Notes: a model not told the origin generated them from the sequence alone. Positions 32,889 through 43,020 are shown, counted from the first letter of the stretch. The stretch is 64,000 bases of DNA from an uncultured Planctomycetota bacterium (GCA_963823665.1 CAWGMQ010000005.1:1408001-1472000); one strand, 5' to 3'. Numbers and translations are program-made.

Positions 32889-34940
32889 TCACGGCCCCCG
32901 CACATCGTGCGGCGGCACGGCTTCCCCCGATGCCGACGAAGTCGTCCCAGTATTCGCTGCGCCCACCTTCAACCTGGCGAGGCGCTCCCGCTCCCGGGCC
33001 TCCTTCTCCGCACGTGCACGAATCCACTCCCGTCGCCTTCTCTCCTTCCACGCGTCCCGTTGCTCGAAATCCGTCTGGGCACGTCCGACCGGCTGCGTCG
33101 ACCCTTCAATTCCGCCAGTCTCCCCACCTCCCGCCGGCATTGGCTTCGTTTGCAGAATTGGCTTCGTTTGACAATCGTCAAGTCCCGAAACACCGCCAGA
33201 ATTCGTCGGAACTTCAACAATCTCTTGATGTTGTACTATGCACACGTCATCACCAGAATTGGCTTCGTTCGGCGCATTCGCGCAGTCGTCGCCGCCGGCG
33301 ACGGAGCGGGCGTGCCCGCCAACGTCCAGAATCAACCCGGTCCCGGCGCCGCCGTCCACGCCTTCCGACCGCTCACCACAAGCCACTTCTCCCCGATCCT
33401 CGTCCATCACCGGGCCAACCCCTCCCGCGTTCACATCCGTCTCGTAAGGCCCGGCCTGCCCAGAATCCGAATTACCCGTTTCAGTGCTCGAGACTTCATC
33501 CGCCCCGTCGGCCGCGGCCTCACCCTCGCCCGCACCGCCGATGTACTTCTCCGGAAGATACCCCCCACACGCCAGAACGTCCGATTCCTCCACGACGACC
33601 GAGTCCCACCCCCGGCCGCTCCCATTCGGTGTAGCAGGCACACTCCGTGTGCCGCCCGCCCCAGCCTCACGGCCAATTTCAACGGCCGCGTCCGAACCAC
33701 CATCAGCAACTGGCCCGCCGCTCCCACACTTTGCATCCCGATCTTGGGCGAAATCCTCCTGACCCCGCCCTCCGCCCTCCGTCCTCCGTCCTCCGTCCTC
33801 CGCCCTCCGTCCTGCCTTCCGCTCGCCCCCCACGTCCGCCCTCCACCAAGACGACGGCCGCCCATCATACGGGCTAACATCTTTCCCAGGCACCGGCGGC
33901 AAAGTCTCCGCATGGTTATCCGCCTTCCGCGCCCGTACCTCCTGCCGAATTACCTTGCCCCCTCGCTCCACCGACCCCTTGGCGCGCGCGAACCATCGCC
34001 GCATCGCCTCAGCTTCCTTGGTATAAACAAATCCCTTGCGTCGCCTCGTCCGCGCAGGTTCATCCTTGATATGGGTGTCATGTTCCGCCGCAATGGCCCA
34101 CACCCGCTCGATCTCGCCCTCCACCAGCTCGATCAGGCTCTGCCTGGCCTTCTCCTTTTCACCGCGCTGCGATAGGTCAGGCCACAACGCCACGACCGCC
34201 TTCACGTGGGCCTCGAGCATCAGCTCGTTCATATCGCTGAGCAGATCGTCAAACGGCTTGCCCATCGGCCGAAGCGCGTGGCTCGCCGCGAAAACCTCAG
34301 CGACCCGCCGGTCTGCGGGGCCGTCCACAGGATTCCGCCCCAGCAACCGTAGCATCATCAGCCGATCGCCGGAGGACCAAAAACGTTTGCGAGCCCGTTC
34401 CAGCAGTTCCTCAAGAACCTCAAGGATCCAGTAGCACCCCATCGCGCTCGATTCCAGTTTGCGCATGCGTTCGTCGGGCTTGATCGCCGGCGCAGTTTCG
34501 CTACCCCATGACGGCCCCCCTGGTTTCTTGTTGTTAAACCGACGGGTGCCATACAACGAAACCGGCACGCCTCGTGAATCGGTGAACAGCAACTCGCCCG
34601 TCTCGCGCACCTCTTTGATCTCGTCGTCCTCGGCATTGTCGATCTGGCTTTGGGTGAGTTCCAGGTAGGCACCCCTCACCCGATCCATGTCCGACGCCAG
34701 GAACAGGTTGGCATTCAATAGAAACTCCTCGGGGTCACTCTCCACCCCATAATGCGCCGACCAGCGAAAGTATCGCGCTTCATACGCGATGCTTTCCTCC
34801 CGCGCGAGCTTCTCCCGCTCCGATCGCATCCCGTGCTTCCGACTATTGCGAGCGCTCTTCGCCCGGGATTCCGGACTTTTAGGCCCGGTCGAGCGCAACG
34901 CATTGCGCCGATTCGCATTGATTTGTGCGTCAGAGGCCAT
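32889..34940 (-). CDS. Hypothetical protein with N-terminal ANRRNA..STGP...KHG motif and low-complexity C-terminus
   Basis: 683-aa ORF starting MASDAQINANRRNALRSTGPKSPESRAKSARNSRKHGMRS; AGGA RBS. Confidence 0.75.
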   Translation of the reverse strand: MASDAQINANRRNALRSTGPKSPESRAKSARNSRKHGMRSEREKLAREESIAYEARYFRWSAHYGVESDPEEFLLNANLFLASDMDRVRGAYLELTQSQIDNAEDDEIKEVRETGELLFTDSRGVPVSLYGTRRFNNKKPGGPSWGSETAPAIKPDERMRKLESSAMGCYWILEVLEELLERARKRFWSSGDRLMMLRLLGRNPVDGPADRRVAEVFAASHALRPMGKPFDDLLSDMNELMLEAHVKAVVALWPDLSQRGEKEKARQSLIELVEGEIERVWAIAAEHDTHIKDEPARTRRRKGFVYTKEAEAMRRWFARAKGSVERGGKVIRQEVRARKADNHAETLPPVPGKDVSPYDGRPSSWWRADVGGERKAGRRAEDGGRRTEGGGRGQEDFAQDRDAKCGSGGPVADGGSDAAVEIGREAGAGGTRSVPATPNGSGRGWDSVVVEESDVLACGGYLPEKYIGGAGEGEAAADGADEVSSTETGNSDSGQAGPYETDVNAGGVGPVMDEDRGEVACGERSEGVDGGAGTGLILDVGGHARSVAGGDDCANAPNEANSGDDVCIVQHQEIVEVPTNSGGVSGLDDCQTKPILQTKPMPAGGGETGGIEGSTQPVGRAQTDFEQRDAWKERRRREWIRARAEKEARERERLARLKVGAANTGTTSSASGEAVPPHDVRGP
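33139..33272. repeat. Three copies of ATTGGCTTCGTT(T/C)G
   Basis: Start at 33139, 33157 and 33258. Confidence 0.9.
33765..33815. repeat. Heptamer tandem repeat (CCG(C/T)CCT)n
   Basis: About 7 units; reads RRAEDGGRRTEGGGR inside the ORF. Confidence 0.9.
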
Positions 34941-35636
34941 ATCAGTATAAATTCCTATTCAAATGAGCTTGGAAGCCTGGCCCGAAGTCCCGCGACCTCG
35001 AGAGTTTCCCCAAACCTCCCAAAGCCCTCACTAGAGATGATCTACAAATCCCCTTCTTTTTTTGCCCGATCTGGGCCGATCCCAAAAAAAGTTTTTCCGC
35101 CCGCCCGCATAATCGGACCTGACAGTGCATACCGCGCCGCTTGTGCGCGATGTGCCGTCCCAGGCGGCAGAGGGCGCGCGCGCAGGGCAGACCGCAGAGC
35201 CCAGCGTCTGGGCGCGCCCAACCCAATGTCGCCCTTCGCTCCGATCAATCCAGTTTCCTGAAATGAGGCGAATTCCCGCTGTTTTCTCGAACCGCGGTCC
35301 GATTGTGCGAGTCGTAGCGCGAGGTCCGAAAAAACAGGCATCCGAGCGCGGCGCACGTGCCTCGAACCGCCGCACCCGGGTCTCACGCCGGTCGAAACGC
35401 CCTCAACAGCGACAACGCCGATCGCAGACGCCCTTTCGGCTCAAGCCCCACTAACCTCGACCGCCCCCAGCAATGCGCGCAATCCTCGCCAGCTCGCGTC
35501 TGGGCCCAGGGCCGTTCGGCGCCAGGCGGGCCGCTTGCTCCCACACGGCCCTGGTCTCCGCCAGCCGGCCCCAGCAATTGTAGCTGGCGTGAAGCCACAT
35601 GAGCTGTATCCGGAGAAGGCCCAATTCCCCGTGATT

Positions 35637-36395
35637 TCATCCGGCCGCCGTGGCACGCGACGACCGGTAAAGGGTCGCCGAGGTATAGAGTAGCACGGCC
35701 ACCACGATCCAGCGCAGCAAGTCGACGTCCATCTCCTTCACGAGGAAAACAGCGATCAAGACGCCGGGCACTCCGCCCAACGCAAGTCCGAGCGCAGTGC
35801 GGCGGTCGAAGCGCCCTGAGCGGAAGAATCGAATTGCCGCCGCGGGTAGAATCAGGGAGGCCGAGGCGGCCATGATGGGAAAGACCGCCTTCGGATTCAT
35901 CCCCAGCATGTAGGTCACCGCCATGGTCGGTGCGTAGTTGCCGATCCCCAAGCTCGTGAGCGACCCGATCAATGCGCTGGCCAGCACCGCCGCCACGAGC
36001 GCGGCCCCCGAGAGCCCCAGCGAGTTTCCGCCCGACGGAAAGAGCTGTGTCTGGCGGAGCACGATCAAGATTGCGGTGATCACCAGCGAGACGGCCATGC
36101 CTCGCTGAATTGTTCGCCGCGGCCAGTTCACCACCATGCCCGCGCCAAACCACGCCCCGAGCCCGCCGGCCGTGACCATCGTCACCAGCGTCACGAGATC
36201 GACTTGGACCGCCGTGAGAAAGAGCGCTGCCTCCAGCATCGTCGGAATGGCATGCCCCACGTTGAGCGTCCCGGGAATCTGCTCGTCGTCAACCACCCCG
36301 CCGAGCCGAAGAACCGCGGTCGTGGTCGCGAACGATCCGACCCCGAGCGTGTCGAGAAAGTCCGTGATGAGGCCAAGTGCGAACAGTCCGCCCAT
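35637..36395 (-). CDS. TauE/SafE-family sulfite exporter-like membrane protein
   Basis: ITDFLDTLGVGSFATTT, IPGTLNVGH, LGIGNYAP, FPIMAAS; multi-TM. The true start may be ATG 36445 with a frameshift. Confidence 0.8.
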   Translation of the reverse strand: MGGLFALGLITDFLDTLGVGSFATTTAVLRLGGVVDDEQIPGTLNVGHAIPTMLEAALFLTAVQVDLVTLVTMVTAGGLGAWFGAGMVVNWPRRTIQRGMAVSLVITAILIVLRQTQLFPSGGNSLGLSGAALVAAVLASALIGSLTSLGIGNYAPTMAVTYMLGMNPKAVFPIMAASASLILPAAAIRFFRSGRFDRRTALGLALGGVPGVLIAVFLVKEMDVDLLRWIVVAVLLYTSATLYRSSRATAAG

Positions 36396-36476
36396 GCGGA
36401 ATCGGGCGCGCGCGGTTGGGGAACAGGGTCCGCACTTGGAGTCATCACGAATCCTGACGCGTCGAGGCCGAGCGGT

Positions 36477-38009
36477 TCATCCCCGCCGACCGACCCATTG
36501 CGATGTACCTCCAGCGCCGCCGGGATTTGATCGAAGCCGCCCAGGTCGCTGGGATCCAAGCAGGGAGGGAGTCCTGATCGTGGATTTGCCGCTTGAACAT
36601 GCGACCAAAGTCGCGCACCGTCTGCACCCAGTTCGATCGATCCACACCCAGCCGGTCGATGTGTCCCGGTCTCCATGCGCGGCTCCGACGTTTCGCCTGG
36701 GGACCCACCTCGCAGCGACGTTCTTCGCATTCCAAACTTTGTAGTCAGCCTCCAGCTCCTGCACCTTCGCAGAATTGGCCCTCGCGAGATCGTGTTTCTC
36801 GCCGACGTCCGTCGCCAGATTGAAGAGCCTCGGGCCGTTCCCCATATCCGTGAGCTTCCAATCCCCCTTGCGGACGGCGCGCTGAGCGCCGAACCGCCAG
36901 AACAGTGCCTCATGCGGCGCACCCGGCTTTTCACCGGTCAAGTACGGCAGGAGATTCACGCCATCCAGATTCGCCTCGGCTGGAACCTTCACGCCCGCAA
37001 GGGCGAGAGCCGTCGGATGGATGTCGAGCTGAATCACGGGTTGGTCCACGACCTTGCCGGCCGGAATGTGTCCCGTGTACTGCATGAGGAACGGCACGCG
37101 TATGCCGCCTTCCCACACCTGCGCCTTGAAGCCGTTTAGTGGGGCATTGCTCGATGTCGTGCTCATGGTCGGACCGCCATTGTCGCTCACGAAGACGATG
37201 AATGTGTCGTTCTCGAGGCCGAGCGCCCGAATCTTCGACAGAACCAGCCCGACATTGTCGTCCATCGCCGAGAGCATGGCAGCAAAGGTGCGGCGCCTCG
37301 GGTCGGGAATGTGGCGAAATCGCGTGCGGTATTTCCCGAGCGCTTCCAGCGGTGCGTGAACAGCATTGAACGGAAGGTAGACGAACCATGGTTCCCGCTG
37401 ATGCGCTTCGATGAACCTGGCCGCCTCGCGTCCAAAGGAATCAGTCGTGTAGTCGATCGAGTTCACCGGCATGGTGTCACGGAGAATGGGGTTGGCGCCA
37501 TCGGCCCTGGCGTTGCCATACGAATGAGCGCCGCCCAGGAAGCCAAAGAATTCATCGAACCCGCGCTGATTGGGCCGAAATCTCGGGCGATTACCGAGGT
37601 GCCATTTCCCGAACATGCCCGTGGCGTACCCGGCCGGCTTCAAGAGTTCGGCGAGGGTCGGCTCGTTGCGGGAAAGTCCGAATTCCCTGGATTCGGTAGC
37701 GACCGGGCCCGGGTTGAACTCGTGCCCGAACCGCTGCTGGTAGCGGCCGGTCAGCAAGCCCGCGCGTGTGGGGCTGCAGTAAGGACCGCTGACGTAGCCG
37801 CTTGTGAAGCGGACTCCGTTTCTGGCGATGCTGTCGATATTCGGCGTGGGAATCTGGGGATTGCCCTGGCACGACAGCTCGCCATAGCCCAGATCATCGG
37901 CGACGATGATGAGGATGTTGGGCTTCCTGGGTTCGCTCGCTGTGGCGGGGGATTCGAGCAGAAGCCAGGTCAGACTGATGACGACCGCGCCGACGATTCT
38001 CGTTTTCAT
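36477..38009 (-). CDS. Secreted Cys-type arylsulfatase, C-terminus fused into a transposase remnant
   Basis: Signal peptide, PNILIIVADDLG, CSPTRAGLLTGR, GKWHLG, SDNGG, EGGIRVP. Confidence 0.92.
   Translation of the reverse strand: MKTRIVGAVVISLTWLLLESPATASEPRKPNILIIVADDLGYGELSCQGNPQIPTPNIDSIARNGVRFTSGYVSGPYCSPTRAGLLTGRYQQRFGHEFNPGPVATESREFGLSRNEPTLAELLKPAGYATGMFGKWHLGNRPRFRPNQRGFDEFFGFLGGAHSYGNARADGANPILRDTMPVNSIDYTTDSFGREAARFIEAHQREPWFVYLPFNAVHAPLEALGKYRTRFRHIPDPRRRTFAAMLSAMDDNVGLVLSKIRALGLENDTFIVFVSDNGGPTMSTTSSNAPLNGFKAQVWEGGIRVPFLMQYTGHIPAGKVVDQPVIQLDIHPTALALAGVKVPAEANLDGVNLLPYLTGEKPGAPHEALFWRFGAQRAVRKGDWKLTDMGNGPRLFNLATDVGEKHDLARANSAKVQELEADYKVWNAKNVAARWVPRRNVGAAHGDRDTSTGWVWIDRTGCRRCATLVACSSGKSTIRTPSLLGSQRPGRLRSNPGGAGGTSQWVGRRG
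36590..36665 (-). pseudogene. Second RAYT-like transposase fragment
   Basis: DRLGVDRSNWVQTVRDFGRMFK; near-identical DNA to ~2170-2240. Confidence 0.7.
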
Positions 38010-38175
38010 GTGAGTGAGTCTCTCCGACGTACCCACTAGAACTCACTACTTACAGGATACTGCGAGGATGCGGCCGCCTCAACGCTCTTGAACATCGCCA
38101 AGACCGCCGTACGCTTGAGCGAGAGAATAGTCGAGGCACCGGCTTTGGGTTAAACGCGAGGTCGTGGGGTCGATC

Positions 38176-39537
38176 ATGAAGTGGGAAGTTGCGCGGGCAT
38201 GGATTCTCGTAGGTCTGTGCGCGCTGGACGCGAATTCGGCCAACGCCCCATGCTCCGCCCAATCAACCCCGGGGAGCAAGTCGCCGCCGAATATCCTGCT
38301 GATTCTCGCCGACGACCAGCGCTGGGACACGATCGGAGCACTCGGTAATTCCGAGATCCACACGCCCAATCTGGACCGATTGGTGGCACGCGGCTTCACC
38401 TTCAACAACGCATATTGCATGGGTTCGATGATCGGCGCGGTCTGTCTACCGAGCCGTACCATGCTGATGACTGGCCGTTCCCTGTGGCGCATTCCCGAGA
38501 CTCCGCACCCGGCAACAACGCCGCCGGGCGTACACGTGCTTCCGACTCTGCTCGGTCAAGCCGGCTACGTGACATTCCATTCGGGCAAAGCGGGAAACGT
38601 CTGCCGATTTGGCAACGCGGCCTTTGCAACGAACATCGAAACGGACGGCCGCACGTTCCGATCCGCCACCGAGCATGCCGACAACGCGATTGCATTTCTT
38701 GCCAAGCACGAAGGCCGGAAGCCGTTCTTCCTTTACCTGGCACCACAGGTCCCGCATGACCCGCGTCTGGCGCCACCGGAATTTACCAGGCTCTACGACC
38801 CCACTAAGTTAACGCTTTCCAGGAACTTCATGCCCCGGCATCCTTTCGACAATGGGGAGCTCGAGGTCCGCGACGAGCTGCTGTCACCAATTCCCCGCAC
38901 AGTCGACGCGATGCGCCGGGAGCTGGCTGATTACTATGCCACGATCACGCACCTGGATCACGAGGTTGGTCGCGTGCTCGAGGCGCTGCGCAAGCGCGGG
39001 CTTGCGGAGAACACGGTGGTGATCTACTCGAGCGATCAGGGCCTGGCCGTTGGTGGGCGTCACGGTTTGATGGGCAAACAGAACTTGTACGAACACATCA
39101 AGCCTCCCCTGATCGTTGCCGGCCCCGGAGTTCCCCACGGCCGGTCGGACGCATTGGTCTATCTGTTCGACTTGTTTCCGACGATCTGTGGCTTCGCGGG
39201 CGTGCCAGTACCGGCGGAGGTCGAGGGAAAGAGCCTTCTGCCGGTGATTCGCGGCGAGACGCCGCGAGTTCGCGACCGCCTTTTCGGCGCCTACCGCGAC
39301 TGTCAGCGGATGATCCGCGATGAGCGCTGGAAGCTGATCAAATACAACGCGGCCGGTGAGAAGCACGTCCAGCTCTTTGATCTTCGCGATGATCCAGACG
39401 AGATCCGGAACCTCGCGCACGACGCGCGGTTTGCCGCGGAACGCGCGCGCCTGGAACGATGGCTCGAGGAGGCGCGAAAACAATTCGGTGATCCGATTGA
39501 CTGGAGCGCCGTGAACGAGAGACGATCGGGGCCCTGA
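38176..39537 (+). CDS. Cys-type sulfatase (choline-sulfatase-like)
   Basis: PNILLILADDQR, CLPSRTMLMTGR, PHDP, SDQG...HGLMGKQNLYE. Confidence 0.92.
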   Translation: MKWEVARAWILVGLCALDANSANAPCSAQSTPGSKSPPNILLILADDQRWDTIGALGNSEIHTPNLDRLVARGFTFNNAYCMGSMIGAVCLPSRTMLMTGRSLWRIPETPHPATTPPGVHVLPTLLGQAGYVTFHSGKAGNVCRFGNAAFATNIETDGRTFRSATEHADNAIAFLAKHEGRKPFFLYLAPQVPHDPRLAPPEFTRLYDPTKLTLSRNFMPRHPFDNGELEVRDELLSPIPRTVDAMRRELADYYATITHLDHEVGRVLEALRKRGLAENTVVIYSSDQGLAVGGRHGLMGKQNLYEHIKPPLIVAGPGVPHGRSDALVYLFDLFPTICGFAGVPVPAEVEGKSLLPVIRGETPRVRDRLFGAYRDCQRMIRDERWKLIKYNAAGEKHVQLFDLRDDPDEIRNLAHDARFAAERARLERWLEEARKQFGDPIDWSAVNERRSGP

Positions 39538-39626
39538 GGAGCACAAACGGCGTACGACTAAGTCTGCGATTTCAACGTGCGGCGCGATCCAATAAGCGTT
39601 GAGGAATCCCACGCGACGATTCATCG

Positions 39627-39661
39627 CTCCCTCTCCCTCCGGGAGAGGACCGGGGTGAGGG
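39627..39661. repeat. REP-like hairpin CTCCCTCTCCCTCCGGGAGAGGACCGGGGTGAGGG
   Basis: Stem CTCTCCC/GGGAGAG; a REP type often found beside TA and endonuclease cassettes. Confidence 0.7.
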
Positions 39662-39699
39662 TCCTTTCGTCTTGGGGCATCCGGAGGCATAATGAAGCA

Positions 39700-40158
39700 A
39701 TGAGCCAGAGGCGTCCGGGAAAGACGAAAACGACCGCTGATACACTTGAGCGCTGGTACGCCGGCGCCGATGTTCCGATGTCAGTGATTCGGCGCTACGC
39801 TCGCGCGATCACGGATCGTTTTCAGCCTGAGAAGATCATTCTCTTCGGCTCTTACGCCTATGGGACGCCGCACACTGGTAGCGATGTGGACATCCTCGTC
39901 ATCATGCCCGCGCGCAACGAGTTGGCCCAGTCCTGGAAGATTGATCGGGAGCTCGCCCGCAACTTTTCGGTCCACCTGATCGTGCGCACGCCCAAGAACA
40001 TGGAATGGCGCTTGCGGGAAGGCGACTGGTTTCTCCGCGAGATCGTTGCACGCGGCAAGGTTCTTTATGAAAAGACTGACGCGCGAGTGGCTAGGCAAAG
40101 CAGAAGACGACTATCACGCGGCACACCGGCTCAGGGAAGAAAGCCGTCGATTTCATGA
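39700..40158 (+). CDS. Minimal nucleotidyltransferase (MNT antitoxin)
   Basis: KIILFGSYAYG...SDVDILVI; overlaps the HEPN gene. Confidence 0.9.
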   Translation: MSQRRPGKTKTTADTLERWYAGADVPMSVIRRYARAITDRFQPEKIILFGSYAYGTPHTGSDVDILVIMPARNELAQSWKIDRELARNFSVHLIVRTPKNMEWRLREGDWFLREIVARGKVLYEKTDARVARQSRRRLSRGTPAQGRKPSIS

Positions 40159-40453
40159 TCAGGTTTGCTTCCACTGCCAGCAGGCGGCAGAGAAGTACCT
40201 CAAGGCAGTCTTGCAGGAGCGCGGCGTTCTCTTCGATCGGACGCACGACCTGGAAAAACTTTTGATCGCGCTTCTACCAACCCACACGAGACTTCGAGGT
40301 CTACGACGCGGGTTGAAATTCCTGCGGCACTACGCGGTCGAGACGCGCTATCCGGGCGATCGCGCCACCAAACGAGAGGCCGACGCAGCCCTGCGTTGGG
40401 CCACGCGCGTACGCGAGACGTGCCGTCTCGAGCTCGGAATTCGGCCGCGATGA
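40067..40453 (+). CDS. HEPN-domain protein (MNT-HEPN pair)
   Basis: WLGKAEDD, CFHCQQAAEKYLKA, THDL, RYPG. Confidence 0.92.
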   Translation: MKRLTREWLGKAEDDYHAAHRLREESRRFHDQVCFHCQQAAEKYLKAVLQERGVLFDRTHDLEKLLIALLPTHTRLRGLRRGLKFLRHYAVETRYPGDRATKREADAALRWATRVRETCRLELGIRPR

Positions 40454-41120
40454 ACTGCTGTCACCGATCCCTCGGTCGCCCGACGCGATGCGCCGGGAGC
40501 TGGCCGATTACTATGCCACGATCACGCACCTGGATCACGAGGTTGGTCGCGTGTTTGGGGCGCTGCGCGAGCGCGGGCTTGCGGAGAATACGGTGGTCAT
40601 CTACTCAAGTGACCAGGGCCTGGCCGTTGGTGGGCGTCACGGTTTGATGGGCAAACAGAACTTGTACGAACACATCAAGCCGCCGCTGATCGTTGCCGGC
40701 CCGGGAATTCGGCACGGCCGGCCCGATGCGCTCGTGTATCTCTTTGACTTGTTCCCGGCGATTTGCGACCTCGCAGGCGTGGCGACGCCACGGGAAGTCG
40801 AGGGAATCAGCCGTCTGCCAGTCACTCGAGGTGAGACGCCGCGAGTTCGCGACCGCCTTTTCGGCGCCTACCGCGACTGTCAGCGGATGATCCGCGACGA
40901 GCGTTGGAAACTGATCAAGTACAACGCCGGCGGTGAGAAGCACACTCAGCTCTTTGATCTTCGCGATGACGCGGACGAGATCCGCAACCTCGCGGACGAC
41001 CCGCGGTTTGCCCCGGAACGCTCGCGCCTGGAACGATGGCTCGACGAGGCCCGAAAAGAATTCGGTGATCCGATCGACTTCGATGCCGTGAACGGGAGGC
41101 GACATGAGCGATCGAGTTGA
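40445..41120 (+). pseudogene. Diverged duplicate of the 3' ~650 bp of the upstream sulfatase
   Basis: Colinear with 38868-39520; lacks the catalytic N-terminus. Confidence 0.9.
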
Positions 41121-41149
41121 CGGGGTCGAAGCAGAATGCACGCCCTGCG

Positions 41150-41365
41150 AAGTCGCCTGGTCTGTCAGGAACTGGTCGCCTTAGGGGAACCGGTCGTGCC
41201 ACTGAACCTGCCCGAACTGGCGCGGGAATCCAACGTGTCTTGTTCCCGGTGCTGGCCGAGATCACGGGGAGGACCCGGTACCGCCCGCGGCGGCCGGTCG
41301 GGTCAATGCTCTGGCCCGGGCTCGGCTCCATCGGGAGCGGCACTGGGGTACGCGGGGTAAGCGAA
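41150..41365 (+). pseudogene. Decayed small hypothetical gene
   Basis: Across frames it reads QELVALGEPVVPL..ELARE....VLAEITGEDPVPPAAAGRVNALARA, like a widespread uncharacterised family found in accessory islands. Confidence 0.5.
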
Positions 41366-41582
41366 TATGCGCTGTTTGATTAGCCTCCGAAAGCCTGCAC
41401 TCGGGCTCGAGCTGCGTCCGGTCACCAGGCCAGCGGCTTTTCTTGCCGCCTCCAGAACAGCCAGCGTCGCCGCTCGCGGTGGATGCTCGTGCCAATCCGA
41501 ATTCTCGATGTGACCAGGGAATGCTCGAGCGAGTTCGAGCGGCGATTTTGTTCCCCAAAATCGCTCTCACAATCGCGCCGAC

Positions 41583-41625
41583 ATGTTGGCACTGTTGTGA
41601 CATACTATAATGGAGTGAGGAGAGG
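41583..41625 (+). promoter_or_regulatory. Sigma-70-like promoter and RBS for HTH copy 2
   Basis: Perfect TATAAT at 41606-41611, then GAGGAG before ATG 41630; weak -35. Confidence 0.55.
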
Positions 41626-41629
41626 GACC

Positions 41630-42001
41630 ATGAGCGAACGACCCAACCGAACCAAACGCAAGCCGCTGACGCCCGAAGAACAGGGGAAGCTCGATGAGCC
41701 CCGCCGCACCTGGCGCTCCCCCGAATACCAGGCCAAGCTTGGCCAGGACATCGAGAAGATCAGAGAGGAGTTTCCACCAAAGGAAGCGCCCCCAGTCGTT
41801 GTGGAGTTTCTCGCAAAGATCAGGCGTGAGCGAGAGCGACAAGGTCTGAGTCTGAGCGATCTGGAGCGGCGCACCGGGATCAAGAGTGCAAATCTGTCGA
41901 AGCTAGAGACGGGCAAGCATTTCAATCCGACCATCGCGACCATGGAGACGTTGGCGTCGGCATTGGGCATGCGTGTTGTGCTCGACCTCGAACACGCTTG
42001 A
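41630..42001 (+). CDS. XRE-family HTH regulator/antitoxin (copy 2)
   Basis: 123 aa, 12 substitutions relative to 4337-4708. Confidence 0.9.
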   Translation: MSERPNRTKRKPLTPEEQGKLDEPRRTWRSPEYQAKLGQDIEKIREEFPPKEAPPVVVEFLAKIRRERERQGLSLSDLERRTGIKSANLSKLETGKHFNPTIATMETLASALGMRVVLDLEHA

Positions 42002-42023
42002 CCGCAATTCGGCACGACTCTCA

Positions 42024-42070
42024 TAGGCGGCGCTCGAATCGAAACCGCGACTTCCACCGTGTGAGGATGG
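42024..42070 (-). mobile_element. 3' half of tRNA-Val(CAC): att-site remnant, copy 2
   Basis: Reverse complement is CCATCCTCACACGGTGGAAGTCGCGGTTTCGATTCGAGCGCCGCCTA; T-arm more decayed than in copy 1. Confidence 0.75.
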
Positions 42071-42175
42071 CCGAGAAGCGAAGATTTCAGGAAAATAACG
42101 ACTTACGTTTTTCAAGAATCGCAAGATTCACACCGATTTCAAGGTCAGCGTGCAGCGAAGCGTGCAGACCCGTTA

Positions 42176-42367
42176 CTATTCGAGCCAATTCTCGAATCTG
42201 AGCCCTGGCACTTTCTCGAAGTCTCGCCGATTTGCCGTGAGGAAAAGTGCATTATTGGCCACCGCAATACAGGCCATCTTCAGATCCATCGAGCCAATTT
42301 TGACGCCCGATTTGCGGAAGCCGTGGAACAGGTCTACCGCGTCGGCACCCAGCGCAATGAGGATCAC
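42176..42367 (-). pseudogene. vapC: VapC/PIN toxin with internal deletion
   Basis: MILI joined to KIGSMDLKMACIAVANNALFLTANRRDFEKVPGLRFENW. Only 63 aa; the N-terminal catalytic Asp region is missing. Confidence 0.8.
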
Positions 42368-42520
42368 TCTCCGAATTCCCGGCGTGCCTCTTCCCGGTCC
42401 GTATCGCGGATTTTCCTGCCTTCTTCATCGACAATTTTCGAGAACTCTCGTCCGATGAAAATACCGGCGGCGATGCGCCAATCTTTCGCGCCGGTCGCTT
42501 GCTTCTCGTTCAGGCGGCGC
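42364..42520 (-). pseudogene. C-terminal part of the cognate antitoxin
   Basis: AKDWRIAAGIFIGREFSKIVDEEGRKIRDTDREEARREFGE*; GTGA overlap with the vapC start. No convincing start codon. Confidence 0.5.
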
Positions 42521-42620
42521 TCGCTTCCGAATCGGTGCTGTCGCCCCCTCCCCTGTTTGAATTTCCGCCGCGCCGGAGGCCGATGTCCCCTCGCCCATCG
42601 GTCACACAATTACAGCACGC

Positions 42621-43016
42621 TCAGAACAGCCGTTCGGCGATCAGCGACTCCCTCAGCGTCAACGCCTCCTCGCATTTGATCTGGAGCACCCTGATCGTCG
42701 TTCGCCCGATGGCGGTCAAGCCGATCATTTCGGCTTCCTCATAGCGGAAGTGATGGCTCCATTTATGGCGGCGGGGATTGAACAGCCGGGTCAGCGTCCG
42801 GGTTTGCGGGTCAAGCCCGGAAATATCTGATCCCTTGAAACTATTACAATACCAACACGCGACGGCGAGGTTCGACGCGACGGTGCGCCCGCCATGCTTG
42901 CGGGCGATGATATGGTCGATCTCAAAAGGGACGTTGGTTGCTTTCTGCGGCAGCCGACAGTATTCGCATCGTCCGGCAGCCCGCTGGCGAACATGATGGT
43001 GCGGGTTGGCAACCAT
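42621..43016 (-). CDS. HNH endonuclease (copy 2)
   Basis: RCEYC, EIDHIIARKHGG, NLAVACWYCNSFKG, LFNPRRHKWSHHF, GLTAIGRTT. Confidence 0.9.
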   Translation of the reverse strand: MVANPHHHVRQRAAGRCEYCRLPQKATNVPFEIDHIIARKHGGRTVASNLAVACWYCNSFKGSDISGLDPQTRTLTRLFNPRRHKWSHHFRYEEAEMIGLTAIGRTTIRVLQIKCEEALTLRESLIAERLF

Positions 43017-43020
43017 TCCG

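Noticed and set aside
32840..34175. + strand ORFs of 264 and 443 aa
   Set aside because: Arg/Pro-rich antisense frames of 32889..34940 with no recognisable motifs.
38868..41120. Diversity-generating retroelement TR/VR pair
   Set aside because: Differences are mostly synonymous and not adenine-specific, the repeat is too long, and there is no reverse transcriptase.
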